From the IMG/VR virus record IMGVR_UViG_3300043430_000167: a DNA stretch of 64,000 nt; one strand, 5' to 3'. This stretch comes from an uncultured virus (IMG/VR IMGVR_UViG_3300043430_000167). Taxonomy: Duplodnaviria > Heunggongvirae > Uroviricota > Caudoviricetes. Below the pieces are notes generated by a model. The model was not told where the DNA came from, did not search any database, and saw only the letters and a program-made list of their open reading frames with translations. Position numbers and translations under genes: made by a program. Of this stretch, positions 57,606-64,000 are shown one piece after another (positions within the stretch are counted from its first letter, which is position 1; each line of letters begins with the position of its first letter).

Positions 57606-57662
57606 TTGACGGTGAACTCGGCTTGCGCTAGTCTCTGACGAACTCCGACACACTCTGACAGA
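57606..57662 (+). promoter_or_regulatory. Promoter for the terminase operon with three phased CTCYGAC boxes
   Basis: TTGACG-N17-TAGTCT; boxes at 57633, 57643, 57653. Confidence 0.6.
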
Positions 57663-57663
57663 G

Positions 57664-58128
57664 ATGGCCAAGCGCAAGAACTCCGTACTCACCGAGAAGC
57701 AGGAAGCCTTCAAAGAGGCAGTGCTCGACGGTATGACCCCTGCCCAGGCGGCAGAGGCTGCTGGGTACTCACATCCAAGTACCGCCGGCCAAGTGCTCAT
57801 GGCTCCAGATGTGAAGCGGGCGCTGGCCGAGGCACGCAACGAGTTGTCCAGCGCTGCACAGATCACCCGAGGCGACATGCTGTCAGTGATGATGGATGCC
57901 ATCGACATGGCCAGGCTCCTGGCTGATCCGCAGTCGATGATCAAAGGTGCTTCCGAGGTCTCGAAGATGCTCGGTTTCTATGCTCCAGAGGTGAAGAAGG
58001 TCGAATTGAGCATGAGCCAGGCCCGTGTGCGCTCGAAGCTGATCTCCATGACCGACGAAGAGCTTCTGCTCATGGCTTCAGGCCAAGAACCCCTCACGAT
58101 TGACATGGAGCCTCCCGTTGAGCACTGA
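57664..58128 (+). CDS. Terminase small subunit
   Basis: 'LTEKQEAF...AAEAAGYS' HTH; precedes TerL. Confidence 0.8.
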   Translation: MAKRKNSVLTEKQEAFKEAVLDGMTPAQAAEAAGYSHPSTAGQVLMAPDVKRALAEARNELSSAAQITRGDMLSVMMDAIDMARLLADPQSMIKGASEVSKMLGFYAPEVKKVELSMSQARVRSKLISMTDEELLLMASGQEPLTIDMEPPVEH

Positions 58129-59935
58129 ATTCCGCGAGTGCTCGGTGTGCCACACCCAGCGAGACCGCGCCACGCTGGTCTACGGGGTCTGTCCTTTTTG
58201 CACAGATGCAACAGCTGTTGTAGAAGAGCCACTCAAAAAGACCCGTCAGAAGCGGTCTACCTCTGTAAAACTGGCAGAAACACCCACGCCAAGCCCCTCA
58301 GAACCGCTTCCAGGCGCTCAAACGGCTCCGGACGCCCCATACACGCCCCCGGCCTTCGATAACGCGGCAGCGGCGGCAAATCCACAGGCGGAATTGGCTG
58401 CCCGTGAGCTGGCCAGGCGCCGGTTGATGCACTTCATCAAGCGGTTCCGGCCCAAGTATCTGGCCGGCTGGGTCCACGAGGACATTTGTCGTCGGCTGGA
58501 GAGGTTTCTTCGTGCTGTTGAGGCTGGAAAAAGCCCCCGCTTGTTGATCCTATGCCCTCCACGCCTGGGTAAATCGGAAATAGGATCAAGACACTTCGTA
58601 CCTTGGGCGCTGGGTCAGCATCCTGATTGGGAGATCATCGCTGCCAGCCACACCGCCAGCCTAACCCTCTCATTCAGTCGGTATATTCGGGATCTTCTGC
58701 GCGATCCTGCATATCACGCACTGTTCCCGGACTGCAAGTTGGACCCGTCTAGCCAGAGCACTGAGAACTGGAACTTGACCATGGGTGGCGGGTATTTGGC
58801 CGCTGGCGTGGGCTCAGGGATTACTGGAAGGGGCTGTCATATCCTTTGTGTGGACGACGTGGTAAAAGACATGGAGTCGGCAGACTCCCAGACGATACGC
58901 GACAACATCTGGGAGTGGTACTGCTCGACGGCATACACCCGCCTCGCCCCAGGCGGTGGAGTGCTGGGGATTTTGACCCACTGGCATGAGGAAGACTGGG
59001 CCGGAAAGATCATGCAAGCGATGGATACGGGCGACGGCGATACGTTTGAAATCGTGCGTTACCCAGCCATCAACGACCACGGCGACGAGTATCTCCTGCC
59101 TGACGACAGGATTTTGCAGATAGCTCCACCTGATGTTGTGCCAGAGGGCGCGCGGTTGACCCGCGCACATGGCACGGCGCTACATCCAGCGCGCTATGAC
59201 ACCGAGGCGGTCACGCGAATCAAGCGGAATCTGTACGCCAGCGGCCAGCAGCGGGTGTGGTCAGCCCTATACCAGCAGAGCCCCGCTCCAGACGAAGGGT
59301 TGTTCTTCACGAAGGACATGTTCCGCTATTACGGCTCGCCGCCCCCGCGCCAGGATCTCTACATCTATCAGGCATGGGACTTCGCAATCAGCACTGGCAA
59401 GGAGAGCGACTACACCGTGGGCGTGACCTTGGGCCAGGACCACCGCGACAATCTGTACGTGCTCGACGTGCGGCGGTTCCGCTCGGACAACTCTCTCATC
59501 ATCGTGGACCAACTCGTTGAGTACGCCCGCGAGCACGACGCCACCTTGGTGGGGTTTGAGGACGGTCAGATATGGAAGACGCTTGAAGCTCAGTACTTGA
59601 AGCGCTGCGACGAACTGCGTTACTACCCCAGCTACGAGGTATTAAAACCGCTGACAGACAAGATGGTCCGGGCCAGCCCCCTGCGAGGGCGCATGCAGCT
59701 AGGCAAGGTGTACTTCGACGAAAAAGCACCTTGGTTCCGGGACTTGTTCTTTGAGTTCACGCGTTTCCCGGCAGGCAAGCACGACGACATCATAGATTCC
59801 ATGGCCTGGGCCGTGCGCCTCACGCTCACGCGCGCCGCGCCAAGGCAGAAGGACACACAACCCAAGACGAAGAGCTGGAAGGACAAGCTCAACCAGTACA
59901 CCGGCGAGGCCGGTGGCTCCCACATGTCAGCGTAA
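58100..59935 (+). CDS. Terminase large subunit (start uncertain, 58100 or 58118)
   Basis: Walker A 'PPRLGKS', 'GITGRG', Walker B 'LCVDD', 'LYQQSP', nuclease 'WDFA', 'HDDIID'. Confidence 0.93.
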   Translation: MTWSLPLSTEFRECSVCHTQRDRATLVYGVCPFCTDATAVVEEPLKKTRQKRSTSVKLAETPTPSPSEPLPGAQTAPDAPYTPPAFDNAAAAANPQAELAARELARRRLMHFIKRFRPKYLAGWVHEDICRRLERFLRAVEAGKSPRLLILCPPRLGKSEIGSRHFVPWALGQHPDWEIIAASHTASLTLSFSRYIRDLLRDPAYHALFPDCKLDPSSQSTENWNLTMGGGYLAAGVGSGITGRGCHILCVDDVVKDMESADSQTIRDNIWEWYCSTAYTRLAPGGGVLGILTHWHEEDWAGKIMQAMDTGDGDTFEIVRYPAINDHGDEYLLPDDRILQIAPPDVVPEGARLTRAHGTALHPARYDTEAVTRIKRNLYASGQQRVWSALYQQSPAPDEGLFFTKDMFRYYGSPPPRQDLYIYQAWDFAISTGKESDYTVGVTLGQDHRDNLYVLDVRRFRSDNSLIIVDQLVEYAREHDATLVGFEDGQIWKTLEAQYLKRCDELRYYPSYEVLKPLTDKMVRASPLRGRMQLGKVYFDEKAPWFRDLFFEFTRFPAGKHDDIIDSMAWAVRLTLTRAAPRQKDTQPKTKSWKDKLNQYTGEAGGSHMSA

Positions 59936-59945
59936 GGACAGGATC

Positions 59946-60328
59946 ATGTACCAGATGCCTCTGCAGTTGGACAACACCTACGGGGTCTCAAGAGAGACGC
60001 TGAACCTGGTCAAGCGGTACTCGTCGAGGGCGTTTACGCGTGACGAGCTGCTCATGGTGTGGTTCGAGGATGAGCATGCGGAGTTCGAGACGGTGTGCGG
60101 CAAGCGCACCTCTGTGCGCTACGAGGACATGCAGCCATGAGGCTACTCCCCCACATCCGCAAGCAGGGCTCGCGCTGGCTCTGCACGACGTGCTGGCTCC
60201 CGGAGTACGAGGGAGCGGGGCCCACGCCGCGCGAGGCGTACGAGAGCTGGAAGCAGGTGCACTTCGCCACACCCCCGTCGGTCGTGGTGAACGCGCTGTG
60301 GGCGTACAGAGAGCGGAGCACAGCATGA
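59946..60328 (+). other. Two small hypothetical ORFs (59946-60140, 60137-60328)
   Basis: ATGA-coupled chain between TerL and the large gene. Confidence 0.5.
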
Positions 60329-62925
60329 CCCTTCCGCGCTTGATACTCCCGGATAGCGAGCAGGAGACCGTCGCAGCAGGTGTGCTCGGCGTAGGCCTCT
60401 GGCGCAGGCTCGTGGCCACATTGAAGCTCCTTGGCGGCGGCTCGCGCAAGCAGGTCATCGAGCACGACGGCTACGAGGTCATGGTAGAGGCCACGCACCA
60501 GCACGGCCAGGACTCAGGGCGGGTGAGGGTGGAGGGTGGCGGGTATGCTTCGTTCATACACTTGCCGGACGTAACGCCTTACAAGAAATTGATGATCGAG
60601 CGCAGCATGCGGCCAACAAGCGGAAACGTAGCGGGTTTCTTTTCAACAGGCACATACCCGAACCATCAGTATTACGACCTTGTGACTCGTCTGGTTGTAG
60701 GGACTACGGGCGAGGTTTTGGCTGAGGTCGTCACGCGAATGGATCAAACTATAGACGGCCGCTTGTACGACGTATTTTGCTTCATGTATGAAGACTGGTA
60801 TTTCGACGATTTCTACCTTGAGGGTTTCGGCTTGGTGTTTCAGAACATCAAGTCTCTTGCTTCAGCAGGGCCAGAGAACAGCTATAGGCGAGCTGATCTA
60901 AACTTGATTCCCGGTTCATTTAGATATGCCAATTGGACGTATGCGTACCCTAGCGACCCTGCTTATAGCAGCAGTGATACTGAGTGGAACGGCGGCACGA
61001 CAAAGATAGCCGTCCCTCTGCGCGAGGACGTGTTTTACAATTTCAATTACGCAGTCTTGTTTCGGAATTCGCTAAGCGAGTTGTACGCCAATGATTGGAT
61101 GGGTGACGCGGGCTATCATCTTTGGCCGGAGGATATGAGCGAGCAGCGCGGCGAAAATTTTCACGAAGTTACGCTGTTATATGAGCGCGCGGCATCCAGT
61201 TATTATGGTTATGCCGGTAATTTGGCCACAACCAGTGTGGTTGGGCGAGTGGAGTGGGAGTCCTCCGTAGCAGACGAAAAGGTTTACGGAAAAGGTCTCA
61301 CGTTAGATCAAGTCACTTATAGCGACTTTCCCACTCGTACTACGTTCAATAAACAGAAGGGGTTACCGTGCGCGTCACCACTTATAAAGTTGCTCAACGG
61401 CAAGGCGACGGTTTTGAGAAAAACGGAGGACGCGGTTGGGGAAGGGGTGGTAATCAAGTCGAACGTGTCGTGGCGAACGCCGTTTGAACACAGCGCATTT
61501 GACGAAATGGCAGGGGCGACTTCCCCTGTCGGGAATGCGAATTTGGCTGCGGGCGACTTGGTAGATGTACGAACCTCAATTGGACCGGTGCGTGATCTAA
61601 GAAGAAAGCAGGGCGTAACGGCGACTAAAGTTGTGCTGGACCAGCTACGAGACGGGTCGGCGCCAGCTAAGTGGTTAGACACTTGCAGGGAATACTTGTA
61701 TGACAACTATGTAGATAGGGCGAAGTACGAATTGGCGCAAGGATCGACTGAGTGGGACTATTCGGTTGCAGTAGCTGAATACGGCCCGAGGTATTCGACG
61801 CCAGTATCCAGTGTCCCAGCGTACGAGTGGATTAAGTTTGAAGCAGTGAGCACTTTGACGTTAAAAAGTAAAATGTCAGAAAAAGCGTTTGCTGCATTGG
61901 TTGTACCTGATGGGGTGAGCCCGAGCTGGGGCAGCGGCGAAGCGAAGCTTGTTTGTGAGGTCAGGGGCACCTTGATTGTTTCCGGTGGGAATCCTGTTAC
62001 CGGAAGCGCTCCCCGCCTGATGTTTGATGATTTTCCCACCCCACCTGCTGGTTCATCAGAAGACGTGTATTTTTTTGAGTCACATGACGTATCCGCGGCA
62101 TCTTGGGCCAAGCGTAAGCGCGGGTGGTGGTCCACCTCATTCATGCAGGACGAAAGCTCTATCTGCCCGCCAGGGCGAGTGAGCGGCGAGTACGTGTACG
62201 GTAGGTTTGACCACTTGGCGTCATCCAAGGTTCTATCCAGCGACCTGATTTATCAACTATTCCGTAAGTTTGATATCTCAGGCGACTGGTGGTACTCGTA
62301 TTCGTTATCTAGCCGAGATAGTTATATAAACACAAGTTCTTCGGCTTATATCTCTTCTTTGTCTTTCAAGCCGGCGAGTATCGTGGAGCTTCTACCTCAA
62401 GTTACACATCCGGTGAAACGGTTAGGGCCAGTTGAGCCCTTAACGGACTCGGCGGTTGCGTTTTGTATCCCAGACGGCTTAAGGATTACTTTAGAGTTGT
62501 TCGGCACAAAAAACGGGGGATTGTATGGAGACCCCTCTCAGGAAGAAGATCTGGTGGTTTACGGCACTCTGCATTTGAAATGGAGCGCAAAGGACCATAG
62601 GTGTATTTTTGAGCGGTGGCAAGGGTTGTTAAAAGCAGACGGGTCTCCCGTCGAAGAATTTGGCGTTCCTTATGACAACCAGCACGCCCGAATGGGTAAA
62701 AATAAGATAAACCCTGTAACTAGCACTTCTTTCCGATACCGGTATTACTTATTCCAAGGGGATGTGCTGTACCCGTTTGACGGCGGGGAGCTGAAGAACG
62801 CTATTATCAGGTTCGCTTGTGCGACAGGGTCTGAAGATAACGTTGAGGGCGAAAAAGGGCTGTTTAAGTCGTTCGGTCTTTACGCGGATGTCCAGCGGGC
62901 TTTCCAAGCGTGCGCTAAGAGTTAG
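60325..62925 (+). CDS. Large hypothetical protein (866 aa), possibly virion/receptor-binding
   Basis: ATG 60325 coupled to the upstream stop; aromatic, beta-rich body. Confidence 0.6.
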   Translation: MTLPRLILPDSEQETVAAGVLGVGLWRRLVATLKLLGGGSRKQVIEHDGYEVMVEATHQHGQDSGRVRVEGGGYASFIHLPDVTPYKKLMIERSMRPTSGNVAGFFSTGTYPNHQYYDLVTRLVVGTTGEVLAEVVTRMDQTIDGRLYDVFCFMYEDWYFDDFYLEGFGLVFQNIKSLASAGPENSYRRADLNLIPGSFRYANWTYAYPSDPAYSSSDTEWNGGTTKIAVPLREDVFYNFNYAVLFRNSLSELYANDWMGDAGYHLWPEDMSEQRGENFHEVTLLYERAASSYYGYAGNLATTSVVGRVEWESSVADEKVYGKGLTLDQVTYSDFPTRTTFNKQKGLPCASPLIKLLNGKATVLRKTEDAVGEGVVIKSNVSWRTPFEHSAFDEMAGATSPVGNANLAAGDLVDVRTSIGPVRDLRRKQGVTATKVVLDQLRDGSAPAKWLDTCREYLYDNYVDRAKYELAQGSTEWDYSVAVAEYGPRYSTPVSSVPAYEWIKFEAVSTLTLKSKMSEKAFAALVVPDGVSPSWGSGEAKLVCEVRGTLIVSGGNPVTGSAPRLMFDDFPTPPAGSSEDVYFFESHDVSAASWAKRKRGWWSTSFMQDESSICPPGRVSGEYVYGRFDHLASSKVLSSDLIYQLFRKFDISGDWWYSYSLSSRDSYINTSSSAYISSLSFKPASIVELLPQVTHPVKRLGPVEPLTDSAVAFCIPDGLRITLELFGTKNGGLYGDPSQEEDLVVYGTLHLKWSAKDHRCIFERWQGLLKADGSPVEEFGVPYDNQHARMGKNKINPVTSTSFRYRYYLFQGDVLYPFDGGELKNAIIRFACATGSEDNVEGEKGLFKSFGLYADVQRAFQACAKS

Positions 62926-62947
62926 TGGAGGCTAAACCACCTGCTTC

Positions 62948-62999
62948 TTGACAAGCCGTAAACCTCTCTGTCAGACTCTGACGGACTCTGACAGAGAGG
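62948..62999 (+). promoter_or_regulatory. Putative promoter with TCTGAC inverted and direct repeats
   Basis: TTGACA at 62948; CCTCTCTGTCAGA...TCTGACAGAGAGG. Confidence 0.5.
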
Positions 63000-63003
63000 T
63001 TCT

Positions 63004-63360
63004 ATGATCGGCGAACTCATCATGCGGTTGTTTCATGCACGGACAGCAGCTCACGTCCTGCATTTGAAATCACGCTCCTACGCGCAACACAAGGCTCTCA
63101 ACGAGTTCTACGACGAGGTCGTAGGCCTGGCCGACACCATCGCCGAGGCATGGCAGGGTGCGCACGGTCTCATTTCAGAGTACCCAGGCCGCTTCACTCT
63201 GCCCGCAGAGCCAATTCCCATGCTCGAAGAGCTTTGTGCCTGGGTCAAGAACAACCGGTACAAGGAAGTCGACCGCGCCGAGACGAACATTCAGAACGAG
63301 ATCGACAACGTCGTGACGTTGATCGACTCCAAGCTATACAAGCTGAGGCACCTCAAGTGA
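63004..63360 (+). CDS. Ferritin/Dps-like four-helix protein (DUF5856-like)
   Basis: 'AHVLHL...YAQHKALNEFYD...D..AE', 'NEID....LID..LYKL'. Confidence 0.7.
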   Translation: MIGELIMRLFHARTAAHVLHLKSRSYAQHKALNEFYDEVVGLADTIAEAWQGAHGLISEYPGRFTLPAEPIPMLEELCAWVKNNRYKEVDRAETNIQNEIDNVVTLIDSKLYKLRHLK

Positions 63361-63578
63361 AAACCCTCTTGATCGACGCAATCGTCGGCGTTGGCTTCCC
63401 ATCAGCGCTGCTGGCTGTTGAAGCTGAGCGAGCAGGTATGGCCTCTGGCGGTGAGTGGATGCGAGAGCGGCTTATTCACTGTGAAGAACCCCAGCTTCAG
63501 GCTCTCTATCAGGCTCTGAGAGAAGCTCGTGAAGAGGCTGCAGCCGAGCCGGAAAGTGTGATCATCCATGCCCATTGA
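63357..63578 (+). CDS. Hypothetical protein
   Basis: GTGA overlap with the upstream stop. Confidence 0.45.
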   Translation: MKTLLIDAIVGVGFPSALLAVEAERAGMASGGEWMRERLIHCEEPQLQALYQALREAREEAAAEPESVIIHAH

Positions 63579-64000
63579 TGCCGACAAGACGAACGAGCAG
63601 TGGGCGCGATTCCAGTTCTGCGTATCTGGAGAGGCAAAGGTGGTCACTTCCGTGGGCTACGTGGCCTTGAAGAACATAACCGCTGAGCATTTGGTATTTG
63701 ACGGTGTGGAGTTTGTGGCTTGCGACGGGGTGGTGTCAAAAGGGGAGAAGCCCTGCGTTCGAATTGACGGCATAGAGATGACCCCAGACCACAAGGTGTT
63801 ATCAGAGGGTGAGTGGGTGGAGGCTCAAACATTCCCGCACCTGGGCCGTGACTATGCGCTGCGCTTCAACGTGGGTTCCAGATCGGTGTTCGACATTCTG
63901 AACTGCGGCCCTCGCGCGCGTTTCGCAGTGGTTGGCGATACAGGCTTGGTGATCGCGCACAACTGTCGTGACAGAGGGCATCTGGATTTCGTCCAGAAAG
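63568..64000 (+). CDS. Portal protein N-terminus (3'-truncated), intein-interrupted
   Basis: Spliced product MPIDADKTNEQWARFQF/CRDRGHLDFVQK resembles N4-type portal N-termini; lies between TerL and scaffold on the circular map. Confidence 0.65.
   Translation, partial: MPIDADKTNEQWARFQFCVSGEAKVVTSVGYVALKNITAEHLVFDGVEFVACDGVVSKGEKPCVRIDGIEMTPDHKVLSEGEWVEAQTFPHLGRDYALRFNVGSRSVFDILNCGPRARFAVVGDTGLVIAHNCRDRGHLDFVQK
63619..63963 (+). mobile_element. Mini-intein, 115 aa
   Basis: Block A CVSGEAKVVT; block B MTPDHKV; block F VFDILNCG; block G IAHN followed by Cys+1. Confidence 0.9.

Noticed and set aside
60040..60324. Extended start of the 961-aa ORF
   Set aside because: It overlaps two coupled small ORFs; ATG 60325 fits the ATGA coupling pattern

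Overview
The window is nearly the whole genome of a circularly permuted, temperate, podovirus-like dsDNA phage. It opens inside the scaffold gene and ends inside the portal gene. The attP tRNA-Asn fragment suggests a betaproteobacterial host (inferred from recall, not from a search). The plus-strand late arm (56.9-64 kb, continuing at 1-25.5 kb) holds HNH, TerS, TerL, a large variable protein, portal, scaffold, a lysis cassette, an N4-gp56-type major capsid protein, adaptor and appendage genes, ejection proteins including a 2289-aa polyvalent protein, and two prepilin-domain genes. The minus-strand early arm (25.9-56.7 kb) holds primase-helicase, DEDD exonuclease, dUTPase, Cas4-like nuclease, an intein-bearing SNF2 helicase, family B DNA polymerase, Xis/Int, an ArdA-like protein, dCMP deaminase, DNA ligase and many small ORFs. 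The arms converge on an intact attP. The most notable signals are: (1) a ~700-bp non-coding array of 36-nt hairpin repeats, each next to a different long-stemmed RNA domain (49.63-50.34 kb); (2) two phage-borne type IV pilin/pseudopilin genes beside attP; (3) a 115-aa mini-intein near the portal N-terminus; (4) an attP carrying the 5' half of tRNA-Asn with its own promoter and terminator, ~9.6 kb from the integrase; (5) a 10-bp-phased TCTGAC motif at several promoters; (6) a structured capsid-gene leader with twin hairpins sharing a loop sequence. All assignments come from reading motifs by eye; no database searches were run.
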